A stretch of 64,000 nt of DNA from the NCBI GenBank assembly GCA_963816145.1, contig CAWFJP010000023.1, positions 1 to 64,000 of the forward strand, given 5' to 3'. The notes under the pieces are model-generated. The model was not told the DNA's origin, searched no databases, and saw only the letters and a list, made by a program, of their open reading frames with translations. The stretch is from an uncultured delta proteobacterium (lineage in GTDB: Bacteria > Desulfobacterota > Binatia > UBA9968). Both the position numbers and the translations under genes were made by a program. Positions 53,011-62,938 of the stretch are shown here, piece by piece (the stretch's first letter is position 1; the number at the start of each line of letters is the position of its first letter).

Positions 53011-53592
53011 CTACGGATTTGGATTGATCTTGGTAATCTTGGTTCCCTGGATGCCCATGCCGCCCATCAGTCCCTTTTGGTCAAAGATGAATGCATACAC
53101 ACCTTTTTGCAGGGTCGTGGTCGATAAGTTCTTGCCGAATCCTTCGTCCAACACCACCAGGCTAGGCCCGACCCCCAATTCGAAGCCGGCAGTGTTGTCG
53201 AGATACTGCAACGACGCATTATCCATAAAAAACAGCACGTAGCCGTAGGCTTGAATGCCGGCTTGAAATCCATACGACACCGCGAGCGAACGGTAATAGG
53301 CAACGGTCTTGCCGCGTTTGCGTAAAGCGCCGTCGCCGAATTGGCCGGCGAAGATGAATCCGCCTTTGACGATGCTCGGGAAGACCAACACTCCGACCGC
53401 CTTGTCCGCCAATGCCTTGGCGGCCGGATAGTTTTTAGTGAGTTTCGCCACCGTCGCCCTCACGTCACGGTCGATCTCGCTCGCACTCGCCGCCTGCGCC
53501 GCAGCCGGACTCAAGACATGGAAGGTCAACAGCATCAATGCCAGCCCGACGATTAAGTTGGGCATCTTGGTATTTCGGTTATTTGCTCTCAT
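53011..53592 (-). CDS. YSC84/SYLF lipid-binding family protein
   Basis: GVLVFPSIVKGGF..GDGAL, SYGFQAG, QKGLMGGMGIQGTKI. Confidence 0.85.
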   Translation of the reverse strand: MRANNRNTKMPNLIVGLALMLLTFHVLSPAAAQAASASEIDRDVRATVAKLTKNYPAAKALADKAVGVLVFPSIVKGGFIFAGQFGDGALRKRGKTVAYYRSLAVSYGFQAGIQAYGYVLFFMDNASLQYLDNTAGFELGVGPSLVVLDEGFGKNLSTTTLQKGVYAFIFDQKGLMGGMGIQGTKITKINPNP

Positions 53593-53725
53593 TCTGTGCT
53601 CCTGTCATCAAATTAGAAGGTAATCCCGCTCGCCATTTTTTACTGGAGGAAACCGAGGTTTTCGAAAATGCTCCGTTAACTCCGTTTGCTTCCGATTAGA
53701 CTCCCTCGACCCTCGACCCTGATCC

Positions 53726-54217
53726 CTACTTCGCCAACGGCACCGTGGTCGCGAGATCATATTTCAGCAGCACGCGGTACTCGTTTTCGATCTGCAGATA
53801 ACGCGCGGCCTTCTTGGCCGGCAGCGCTTTCATCACCTTGGGGATGAAGGCGGTGCGTTGCTTGACGTCGTCCTGTTCAAGGGCGATCCACTCGTCGAGC
53901 AGCTTCTTGGCTTTGTCGTCGGTGAGCGACTTGCTGCGGTAGTCCGCGGCGTAGCTCTTCAACAGCGCGCCGAGACGCTCATTGATTTTCTGCAAATCGT
54001 TTTGGTAGTCCTCGTACACCGGCCAGAAGTTTTTGGCTTCCGATTCGGTCAACTCCATATATTTGGAGACAATCAATTTTTTGTCCGCCTTGAGTTTCTC
54101 GTGGACGATTTCCAGATTGTTGGCAGGCTTATCCTGCGACCGCGCAGCTATCGGCGCACTTCCGAGCGCAGCCACGAATAAAACCGCCAAAAACTTTGTC
54201 CCTGTCTTGTTCTTCAT
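53726..54217 (-). CDS. Exported helical hypothetical protein (paralog of 52383..52877)
   Basis: QDKPANNL..KADKKL..MELTESEAKNFWP..ARYLQIENE. Confidence 0.8.
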   Translation of the reverse strand: MKNKTGTKFLAVLFVAALGSAPIAARSQDKPANNLEIVHEKLKADKKLIVSKYMELTESEAKNFWPVYEDYQNDLQKINERLGALLKSYAADYRSKSLTDDKAKKLLDEWIALEQDDVKQRTAFIPKVMKALPAKKAARYLQIENEYRVLLKYDLATTVPLAK

Positions 54218-54245
54218 CTCGACCCTCCCTTTTTCGATGTTTATA

Positions 54246-54668
54246 TCACGAATCAATATTTCCCTTGACAGCTTGGCGTCCCGGCGCCGAGATCAAGTAG
54301 CCGAGCATCACCGCCGGGACGATCGCCCAAAGCAGTGCCCGCACCGGGGTGTCGCCTTGAATTATGACACTCAGCACCAGCAAAAAATTGACGATCGCCA
54401 AGCAGATTCCCAACCACCGCGCCCAATGCCGCTGCAGCAATACGCCGCATGCAAAAGCGACAAATAAGAGCGCTAGAACCGCCACCAGCATGCCCCTGCC
54501 GATGGCGATCAGTCCAAGCAACGGCAGTAACAGCAGGCCCTGCCCCATCATATCACTGCCGACGTCGAACCACTGTAGCGCACGCAGAACAGCAGCGATG
54601 CTTTGAAGCACCGCCAGCACGGCAACGACCTTCAAGCCCAATGGATTATTTGGCAGTACCGATACCAT
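54246..54668 (-). CDS. Hypothetical 4-TM membrane protein
   Basis: Hydrophobic ORF in the operon. Confidence 0.7.
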   Translation of the reverse strand: MVSVLPNNPLGLKVVAVLAVLQSIAAVLRALQWFDVGSDMMGQGLLLLPLLGLIAIGRGMLVAVLALLFVAFACGVLLQRHWARWLGICLAIVNFLLVLSVIIQGDTPVRALLWAIVPAVMLGYLISAPGRQAVKGNIDS

Positions 54669-54791
54669 GGTGTCCCTAAAGAAGTGTCGGGTGTCGAGTG
54701 AAAAAAGCGCCCGACCCCACGTCTCTCGCCGACCCCTCGACACTCGACACTCGTCCCTCTTATCTCCCCCGACCCCCGTGCCTCGTTGCCG

Positions 54792-55763
54792 CTACGGCTT
54801 CACTTCCGTCCAGCTTTTATCAGGGTCGAACTCTTTCATCGCCTGGGCGGCTGAGCGGGTATTAGCACCCAAATCCTTTTGAAAAACTTTGCCTTCGTGG
54901 TTGACCGTGAACGTCATCACGCCGGAATTGCCGTACTCGGCGGGAAAGGCGACGAGCGCAAAGCCGCCCATCATGTTGCCATTAACGACGTAGCTGTAAG
55001 CCCCGCCAGTAGCGTTCTTTCCCTGACCCTCGAGGATCTTGTAATAGTAGCCGTAATAAGGCGCCGCGGTTTGCCCGGCGCCCGGACCTTGAGCGGAATA
55101 GCCGGCGCCTTGAGCCTGCGCCCAGAGCGGCCCCAGCGGACTCTGCTCTTCGCCGCTCTTTGCTTCCCAGTACAGCCCATTTTTCTTACCGGCCTCGCTG
55201 CGGATGCGGCGCGCGTATTCGAGAATCTTGTCGTCGTCGCGATCCTTCATCGCATACTCGCGCTGGGCATCGACGAACGTCAATGCCACTTGAATCGCGT
55301 TCAATTCGTTGGTGCCGATACGGCGGTTGAGAATTTCCTCGCGGCCCTTGTCGGTGTCGAATACCCAACTATCCGCTTTCTTGACGAGCGGAATCGGGAA
55401 TGGCCAGGCATTGTTGCCGATCGTGATGATCCGGCTATCGCCTTCGCTAACGATAGTGTTCTTCTCGTTATAGGCCGCCAAGAACCGCTCACGCCAATGC
55501 TTGTCCGCAACCGGATCGCCGGAAAACATCAGATCTTTGGCTTGCGCGCCGAAGATCGCCAAGAGCTCTTTGTCATCATTACTTTTGGCGGCGGCCACCG
55601 CGGCCTTGACTGCCTCTTCGGGGCTAGCGAATGTCTTTTGTTTTGCCGGCGTAGCGGCCACGGCAAACTGGCCTATCGTGAGCGTCAAAATGATCACCGC
55701 CGCGAACCCGGCCCAATACCAATTCGTCGGTTCTTTTGGATCTGCGCTTAGATTGTGCAGCAT
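54792..55763 (-). CDS. DUF2950 family protein
   Basis: FASPEEA, WPFPIPLV, EILNRRIGTNE, GLYW, PYYGYYYKIL, PAEYGNSGVMTF. Confidence 0.9.
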   Translation of the reverse strand: MLHNLSADPKEPTNWYWAGFAAVIILTLTIGQFAVAATPAKQKTFASPEEAVKAAVAAAKSNDDKELLAIFGAQAKDLMFSGDPVADKHWRERFLAAYNEKNTIVSEGDSRIITIGNNAWPFPIPLVKKADSWVFDTDKGREEILNRRIGTNELNAIQVALTFVDAQREYAMKDRDDDKILEYARRIRSEAGKKNGLYWEAKSGEEQSPLGPLWAQAQGAGYSAQGPGAGQTAAPYYGYYYKILEGQGKNATGGAYSYVVNGNMMGGFALVAFPAEYGNSGVMTFTVNHEGKVFQKDLGANTRSAAQAMKEFDPDKSWTEVKP

Positions 55764-55819
55764 CGCTTCTTTCTCCCTAACCTACGGCTCACCGTGAAGT
55801 TCTGAGCAAAGCCAAACCA

Positions 55820-57192
55820 TCAGCGGCGTCCGCCACCGCCACCGCCGCCTCTGGCACCACCGCCACTCCGTGCAGCGCCACCACTGCTCGTGCGGCTCGC
55901 GCTGCCGCGTTGGCTGGAGCTTTTGGCGGAACTGCCACCGCGGTCGATGCCTTCAAACGCGCCGCCGCGGCTGCTCGAAGCACCAAGGTTGGCGTTCGAC
56001 TGGCTCGCGCCGCCGCGGCTGCCGGCAGTCGCCGAAGTTCTAGCCTGTTCGCCGCCACGCGCCTGCTGGGTTCTGGTTGCGGCGCTCGTTGCTGCCGGCT
56101 GGTCGATTGTTGCTGCGGCTTGCTGCGCTTGCTGTCCGGTGTTTTGTTGCTGGGCCTGCTGACCGGCTGATTGCTGACGAGCTTGTTGAGCTTGCTGTCC
56201 GGTTTGTTGTTGCTGCGCTTGCTGCGCTCGTTGTTGCGCCTTTGCTGTTCCGCTGGGGTCAAAGCACTGCCGGTGTAACCGCGATACGCCTGGCGCGCCT
56301 GAACCTGTTGGCTCGGCGACGCCTGGTTATATTTCTGCGCCACCGCTTGATTGCCGTAGGGAACTCCCTTGCGATTGGCCGCATTGTGCTGCCAATTACC
56401 CTGCGCGTTTGCCGGTAGCTGATTTGCGTATACGTTGCGGTTGATGTTGGTGTTGATATTGACGTTCTGGTTGTAATTGTAGTGAACGTGTCCGTTGTTC
56501 CAGTTAGGGCTGCCCCATGCGTAGCCCCAGGCCGCGCCTAGCGCGACCGCGCTGCCAAACCAAAATGCCGACCTTGCCGCGACATATCCTGGCGGATAGT
56601 AGTAATACGGTGGATAGGCCGGATAGGGCCAGGTGCCATAGACTACGGTTGGATTGTAGGCGGGAACATAGACGACCTGCGGACTGGCAGGCTCGATGAC
56701 AATGATCTTATCCTGAACGATCACCTTTTGCTCTTGCGTCGTTTTAAGATTACCCGCCGCTTGCGCCTTGGCACGCAGACTCTGGATGGTATCCATGACG
56801 GGCTTTTCCCCTGCAAGAAACGCGTCGCCCAGTTTTTGCGTCCAATCGAGCTTCTCGTTCATCATGGTCAACACCTGGGGGAAATTGACCAGCGACTTCA
56901 CGCTCGGGTCCCAGCTCTGCGCTTCCAGCGCTTTGGTCAAGGCGTCGCCTTTGAGATTTGCGTTCTGTTTGGCGAATCGGGCGGCGTTAACCACATCGAG
57001 CGGATACGTCGACGCCATCAGGATCTGCGCGATCAATGAATCAGGATAGAGCGCGATCGGCGCGAGCAACTGATCGAGCTCTTCCTGCTTAACCACCGGG
57101 GCATTAGCCGCATCCTGCGCCCATGTCCCCGGAGGTACAGCCAACAGCGTAACCAAATAACATGAAAGCGCAATTTTTATGACTTGCCTCAT
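55820..57192 (-). CDS. DUF3300 family protein with Gln/Gly-rich tail; frameshift near 56240
   Basis: ELDQLLAPIALYPDSL, WDPSVKSL, VYVPAYNP; the shifted frame ends AFEG..GSASR..GGGGGRR*. Confidence 0.88.
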
Positions 57193-57308
57193 TATGCTCT
57201 CTTCGCTTTTACTCGTTCACTTAGTGAATATGACGCCGCTATACCAGTTTTCTGGTGACTCCCCAGGCGCACGACACTCAATTTCGCGCCAGACACTTTG
57301 CCTTGGGC

Positions 57309-57713
57309 CTATGGTTTATCGCCACCCGCCACTTCGCTCGCCAGCGCCGCGCGCAATGTTTTAATCAATAACTCATCGTCGAAGGGCTTGCGCAAAAAGG
57401 CCATCGCTCCGGATGCCAACGCCCGCTCGCGCACGCCGACTTCGTCATGCGCCGTGATAAAGATAACCGGAATGGGGTTGCCGCCGCGCGCGAGCCGTTC
57501 CTGGGTTTCCAGACCGTTCATGCCCGGCATTTGCACATCCAAAATGGCGCAGTCAGCTTGAAACGACGGCATCGCGTCGATACAGTCCAAAAACTCTTGC
57601 CCCGACGCGAAGGTCTCAGCGTTCATGCCGAGGGAGCGAACGAGTCTTTTCAAAGCTCGACGGACCGAAACGTCATCATCGACGATCGCGATCAATGGCA
57701 GGCCTTTGGTCAT
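57309..57713 (-). CDS. Single-domain response regulator
   Basis: IVDDD, LDVQMPGMNG, FITAHD, FLRKPF. Confidence 0.9.
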   Translation of the reverse strand: MTKGLPLIAIVDDDVSVRRALKRLVRSLGMNAETFASGQEFLDCIDAMPSFQADCAILDVQMPGMNGLETQERLARGGNPIPVIFITAHDEVGVRERALASGAMAFLRKPFDDELLIKTLRAALASEVAGGDKP

Positions 57714-57804
57714 TAAATTTTGTTGCGCAAGACATTCGAGGACAAACCAGATCCCGAACAGCTTTCGCTAACGATCATCTATATAGGAGAGCAGAAGGGC
57801 TGTA

Positions 57805-57824
57805 TATTGGACCTTGGTCCAACA
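57805..57824. promoter_or_regulatory. Palindromic operator TATTGGACCTTGGTCCAACA
   Basis: Between the FixJ-type regulator and the receiver/DUF3300 operon. Confidence 0.7.
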
Positions 57825-57915
57825 CAGAAAAGGCGGCCAAAACTCATCGCAAGTGAACGTTGGTCAAAATTAGGCGACAACGGAGAGGCCGACGATCATG
57901 CGCACCGGCACCCGT

Positions 57916-58557
57916 TCACCTACGAGCGCTTGCGGCTGTCGGCTGTTTCTGCGCTGGGATACCGACTTTTTCTGCCAGCCGTACCAGCTCCGCAATCGAA
58001 TCCACTGCCATCTTTTCCATCACCCGGGAGCGATGAACTTTGATGGTTTTCTCGACTGTGCCGAGCTCCCATGCGATTTGCTTGTTTAACATTCCGGTGA
58101 CCACCAGGGCCATGACTTCGCGCTCGCGCGGCGTGAGCGACTCCAGACGCCGGCGGATGTCGACCAGTTGGGCGGCCTCGGCACGCTGCCCGGCCGCCCG
58201 TGCCAGCGCCTGCTCGATGGCGGGCAAGAGAGTTTCTTGGCAAACCGGCTTGGGCAGGAAATCCACCGCCCCGGCTTTCATCGCCTGCACGCCCATCGGG
58301 ATATCGCCGTACCCGGTGATGAAGATAATCGGAATGGCTATTTTCGCCGCTTGCAACGCCTCCTGAAGCTCCAAGCCGTTGACACCGGGCATACGCACAT
58401 CGAGGACAAGACAGGCGACCCCCGCGGTTTCAGGCTTGGACTCGAGAAACTGCCGGGCCGATGCGAACGGCGCGACCTCATAGCCCGCCGCGCGAATCAG
58501 CCGCGCCAGCGCTTTGCGCACCGAGCTATCGTCGTCGACCAAAAACACCGTCGTCAT
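57916..58557 (-). CDS. FixJ/NodW-family response regulator (REC + LuxR HTH)
   Basis: VDDD, LDVRMPG, AMKAGAVDFLPKP, LTPREREV..NKQIA..TIKVHRSRVMEKM. Confidence 0.92.
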   Translation of the reverse strand: MTTVFLVDDDSSVRKALARLIRAAGYEVAPFASARQFLESKPETAGVACLVLDVRMPGVNGLELQEALQAAKIAIPIIFITGYGDIPMGVQAMKAGAVDFLPKPVCQETLLPAIEQALARAAGQRAEAAQLVDIRRRLESLTPREREVMALVVTGMLNKQIAWELGTVEKTIKVHRSRVMEKMAVDSIAELVRLAEKVGIPAQKQPTAASARR

Positions 58558-61500
58558 AAAGGATGCTCAAGCCGCCGCTCGGCCGCGGCCATTTCCGGCA
58601 ACAATAAATGGAACGTTGCGCCGCGATCCCGGTTATTCTCCGCCCACAAGCGCCCGCCGTGCCGTTCAACGATCGCCCGGCTGATCGACAATCCCATTCC
58701 CAGCCCCTCTCTTTTGGTCGTGAAGAACGGCTGAAAGATCGTGTCCAGCATATCGCTCGTCAAGCCTGAGCCGCGATCGCCGACCGATACCTCGACCATG
58801 CCGGCGCTGCCGGAGTCGACCCGCACCGTCACCTGGCGCTCGTCGGTTGGGCATTCTTTCATCGCATCGAACGCATTGAGAAATAGATTGAGCATGACCT
58901 GTTGCAACTGAACCCGATCACCACGGACCGGTGCGACGCTCTCACCGGCTCGGCAATCCACCTTCACGTTGCGCAAAATCGCATCGCTATGCACCAACGA
59001 CACGACATCACCGACAACCGCCGTTAGATCCAAGCGCGCCAACGTGAGCTCTTCCTTGCGCACAAGCGACCGGATTCTGCGAAGGATCTCGCTGGCCCGA
59101 TTGTCATCCTCGACGATATCATTGAGAATTTCCCGCACCTCGTCAAGGTTGAAGGCTTTGTTCGTGAGAAATCGTTGCGCCGCCTGGGCGTTACTCAAAA
59201 TCGCCGTGAGCGGCTGATTCAACTCGTGCGCTAAGGAAGCTGCCAATTCACCCATCAAAGAGACACGCGAGACATGCGCCAACTCATCGCGTTGTTGCCG
59301 CAGTTCGGTTTCCGCCTGCTTGCGGCTGGTGATGTCGGTCGACGCGCCCAAGATCTGATTCGCAACGCCATCTTTGCCAACGATGGGCCGTTTAACGGTC
59401 TGCAACCAACGAATTCTCCCCTGCGCGTCGGTTAAATGCTCCTCCGCGATGAAGAGCTCTTGGAGTTTGTCGATCACCTCCAGGTCCATGCGGTGGAAGT
59501 ACTCGACTTCATCGCGGTTCGGATTGAAATCCGCATCGGTCTTGCCGATCAGCCCATCCACCGTCGTACCGTAAGCGTCGGCGACAGCCTGATTCACCAG
59601 CGTGAACCGTCCATCGCGATCCTTGGCAAAAATAAAATTCGGGTCGATGTCGATGACTTGACGCAAAAACGCACGCTCCTTTTCCAACGCCTCCTCGGCT
59701 TGCTTGCGCGCGCTGATGTCGACGATCGACGTTAGTACAAGAAGGCCTTCCTGGCTGTGGATCGGCGTCAGTCCGATTTCAACCAAAACCTCGCTACCGT
59801 CTCTGCGCCGCGCGCGCAGATCCCGTCCCGGACCAAGCATCCGCGCCTGCGGCGCCGCGGCGAAGCGCGCGCGATGAGCCAGGTGGTTGTCGCGAAAACG
59901 TTCCGGTATGAGAATCTCCACCGACTGCCCGATCATCTCCTCGCGCGAGTAGCCGAACAGGATCTCGCTCTGCTGGTTCACAAGCACGATCTGTCCCTGA
60001 GCATTTACCATGACGGTCGCATTGGATGAAGCCTCGACAGCCAGCCGAAACCTTTCATCGCCTCGCTTGATCTCACTGAGATCGGTGGCCGTACCGATGT
60101 AGCCGAGAAAGGTTCCGTCGGCTTCGAAGCGCGGCACGCCGTGGCCAAGCACCCAGCAATACTCTCCATCGCTTCTCCTCAGGCGGTATTCCATAGAATA
60201 TTCGTGCCGAGCGTCGAAGGACGTCCTGTAGAGGGTGAGACTGTGATCTAGGTCGTCCGGATTAACGCCTTCGGTCCAACCATTGCCGAGTTCCTGCTCT
60301 AGTGTCCGGCCGGTGAAGTCGAGCCAGCCTTTGTTGAAAAAGGTGCAAAGCTTGTCCGTGCCCGACATCCAAATCATGACCGGCGCTGCGTTGGCCACGG
60401 TGCGGAACCGTTCCTCGCTCTCGCGTATCGCCTGCTCGCTCCGTTTGCGCTCGGTAACGTCAAGCATCAGGCCGCGAAGCTGGAGCGGCTCGCCGGCCAA
60501 ATGGTTACAATTGACGATGTCGTGCACCCAGACGACCTCCCCCGACGATCTGATCATGCGATACTCGAATTCGAAATCGTCAGCCCTCTGGCTCATGGTC
60601 AAACAGGTGTCGATCGCCCGTTGCCGATCATCCGGGTGAATATGAGAAGTCCAAAAATCTTTCTCGTACCATTGCTCGAGCGGATAACCGAGCAGCTTGA
60701 CCGCCTGTGGAGTGACATAGGTAAACCTCCAACTCTCAACATCGGCCTGCCATAGAACCGCCGCCGTGTTTTCCACCAACCGTCGAAAATTCTCCTCGCT
60801 CTCGCGCAGCACCGCTTCCATCTTTTTGCGTTCGGTGATGTCTAACAAGACACCCACCCTGTGCACGCCACGGCCGCCCACTACGTTGACGGTCGATCCT
60901 TTCGCTAACACCCAGCGCTCCCTGCCGTCGGCCAGTCGGGTGCGAAACTCGCCTTCAAACGGCGCGTTGGCTTGCTGGGCGCGCTCGACTTCGGCTACGA
61001 TTCGCTCTTTGTCATCAGGATGAATGCGGCTAAGTATGTCGCCCACCCGGACAGCTTCATTCGGGCCGATACCAAGCTCGGCGCGTAGCACCGGGTTAAC
61101 CCAGACATCGTTTCCGTTGAGACCGCGCGCCCATAAGCCCAACCTGCCGGCGCGGGTCGCCATCTCCAGTAATTCCTGGTTATCCCGAAGCTCTTTTTCA
61201 GCCCGGCGCCGATTCAATCGATTGAAAACCAAGCCGGAAATCAAAGCGGCTTGCAGCAAGAAAACCCCCAGCGCAATAACGATATACCCGCGATATTGAT
61301 CCCAAATTGAAGTCGGCCTGAAGTGAACCCTACTGTTTTGCGGCAGGCGACTTTCGCCGATACGCCAGCGCTGCAACGCGCGCCAGTCGAAGATCGGCAC
61401 TCCCGTGCTCCGGACTTCCAACCGCAAAGACTTGGGCTCGGCACCCCGCAGAATCAGTTCGCCCAGTTCACCGGCGCGCTTTCCCAGCGCCAGGGTATCT

Positions 61501-62366
61501 GCAACCGAACCGCCGACTGCGCCCGTGCCGAGCATGGGGTCTGACATGACATAAACGGGAGCATTGGACACCTTGGCGATCGCCTGGGCCGCCTGCGACG
61601 AAATGACTGCCCGGCCAGCGCCATCGCGAAACATCCGGGTAAAAAGAATTGCGGTTCTGGGCGGCAAAGCACTTACGCCCTGTAGAATGGCGTCCATCGA
61701 GCGATCGGCCCAGACCTCGACCTCGACTCTTCCGCCAAACGAGCGCGCAACCTTCGTCGCTCGGGCCATGACTTGACGATCCACCTCGGCGACTCCGCCG
61801 ATGAGCAAGATGCGCTCAATTTCCGGCTGCAACCGGAGAATCAATTCGATGGTTCCGCCGGGGTCGGAGCGTTGAACGGTGCCGGCTAAGTACTGGCTAA
61901 CTTTCGACCCGGACAGTTCCTCCTCGCTCAATCCGACGGCGACCACAGGAGTGCCTGGGAAGATATCGTCAAGCAGTTGCTGGGCGACGACCAAGTTGCC
62001 GACAAAAATCAGCACGATCACATCGGGAACATCGTCAACGTATTTATTGCGCAAGTAATCGCGGAAAAGCGAATGAAAGGTTTTGCTCGGAAAGCGAACG
62101 ATATCGAGATACTCGGAATAAAGCTCAAGCTCGCCGGCGTGCAGCTTGCGCAATTCGTCAATCGCGCTTTGCTCAACAAGCGGAAAGCCCGGCGAGAACC
62201 GGCTGCCGGTCGACAGCACCAACACTCGTTTGGCACGCGAGGAATCTGCGCCGAGGAGGCGCCCGGCCGCGGCAACGCCGGCAAGCACACACAGGAGACA
62301 AATAAACCAGCGCCTTAGGAATGGGCCTGGGGGGTGCTTGGTAAGGATAGTGTCGGAAGGTGCCAC
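58554..62366 (-). CDS. Sensor histidine kinase: periplasmic SBP-like domain, TM, five PAS, FixL-type kinase core
   Basis: GELAASLAHELNQPL, QVMLNLFLNA, FFTTKREGLGMGLSISR. Confidence 0.92.
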   Translation of the reverse strand: MAPSDTILTKHPPGPFLRRWFICLLCVLAGVAAAGRLLGADSSRAKRVLVLSTGSRFSPGFPLVEQSAIDELRKLHAGELELYSEYLDIVRFPSKTFHSLFRDYLRNKYVDDVPDVIVLIFVGNLVVAQQLLDDIFPGTPVVAVGLSEEELSGSKVSQYLAGTVQRSDPGGTIELILRLQPEIERILLIGGVAEVDRQVMARATKVARSFGGRVEVEVWADRSMDAILQGVSALPPRTAILFTRMFRDGAGRAVISSQAAQAIAKVSNAPVYVMSDPMLGTGAVGGSVADTLALGKRAGELGELILRGAEPKSLRLEVRSTGVPIFDWRALQRWRIGESRLPQNSRVHFRPTSIWDQYRGYIVIALGVFLLQAALISGLVFNRLNRRRAEKELRDNQELLEMATRAGRLGLWARGLNGNDVWVNPVLRAELGIGPNEAVRVGDILSRIHPDDKERIVAEVERAQQANAPFEGEFRTRLADGRERWVLAKGSTVNVVGGRGVHRVGVLLDITERKKMEAVLRESEENFRRLVENTAAVLWQADVESWRFTYVTPQAVKLLGYPLEQWYEKDFWTSHIHPDDRQRAIDTCLTMSQRADDFEFEYRMIRSSGEVVWVHDIVNCNHLAGEPLQLRGLMLDVTERKRSEQAIRESEERFRTVANAAPVMIWMSGTDKLCTFFNKGWLDFTGRTLEQELGNGWTEGVNPDDLDHSLTLYRTSFDARHEYSMEYRLRRSDGEYCWVLGHGVPRFEADGTFLGYIGTATDLSEIKRGDERFRLAVEASSNATVMVNAQGQIVLVNQQSEILFGYSREEMIGQSVEILIPERFRDNHLAHRARFAAAPQARMLGPGRDLRARRRDGSEVLVEIGLTPIHSQEGLLVLTSIVDISARKQAEEALEKERAFLRQVIDIDPNFIFAKDRDGRFTLVNQAVADAYGTTVDGLIGKTDADFNPNRDEVEYFHRMDLEVIDKLQELFIAEEHLTDAQGRIRWLQTVKRPIVGKDGVANQILGASTDITSRKQAETELRQQRDELAHVSRVSLMGELAASLAHELNQPLTAILSNAQAAQRFLTNKAFNLDEVREILNDIVEDDNRASEILRRIRSLVRKEELTLARLDLTAVVGDVVSLVHSDAILRNVKVDCRAGESVAPVRGDRVQLQQVMLNLFLNAFDAMKECPTDERQVTVRVDSGSAGMVEVSVGDRGSGLTSDMLDTIFQPFFTTKREGLGMGLSISRAIVERHGGRLWAENNRDRGATFHLLLPEMAAAERRLEHPL

Positions 62367-62437
62367 GGCACCGTGACTTTACGAACACAGGCCACGGGAA
62401 TCAAGCGCGGCGCGCCTCGCGCAACGTTATCTTAATG

Positions 62438-62845
62438 TTAGAAGACGCGATCGTTGGTTTCTTCCACCAACCAATCGTTGGCCCTCTTTTCCTCGTAGAA
62501 AACCCCAACGTCAACCCCCAGCGCCGAATTGGGCAACCTTAACAGCCGCAATAGACCGAATTGCTCTTGATGCCGGGGTGTCACCAGCGCAAGTTTTAAG
62601 TTGCTACCGTCGGTCCACGGAAAGCTGGCTAGCGCACACTTCAAATCGACAAGTTCGTCGAGACCTAAATCGCACGTAGTATCCTGGACATCGATCAAGA
62701 TTTTACAAGCGTTGAGCGGCCTAGTGAGGTCGACAACTTCCTCCATCAGCCGCAGAAAGGAATCTCTATTAATAAGTCCGCGGGCGACGATAACTAGACA
62801 ATGTCCATTATTTTGCCAGTAAAACAATTTGAGCTGATGATTCAT
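62438..62845 (-). CDS. Hypothetical protein (SpoIIAA/STAS-like)
   Basis: KILIDV, KLALV, VGVFYEEKRANDWL. Confidence 0.55.
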   Translation of the reverse strand: MNHQLKLFYWQNNGHCLVIVARGLINRDSFLRLMEEVVDLTRPLNACKILIDVQDTTCDLGLDELVDLKCALASFPWTDGSNLKLALVTPRHQEQFGLLRLLRLPNSALGVDVGVFYEEKRANDWLVEETNDRVF

Positions 62846-62938
62846 GCGTACTCGTTTAATGTCTAGCCGCCTGGTTGTCTTGACTTTCCGTGACACTCGA
62901 TTGACAGTTGGCGCCCGATTCGGCAAAGCAATAGATCT

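Noticed and set aside
56040-56260. Programmed frameshift or phase variation in the DUF3300 tail
   Set aside because: No slippery heptamer or perfect SSR; indistinguishable from the other indels
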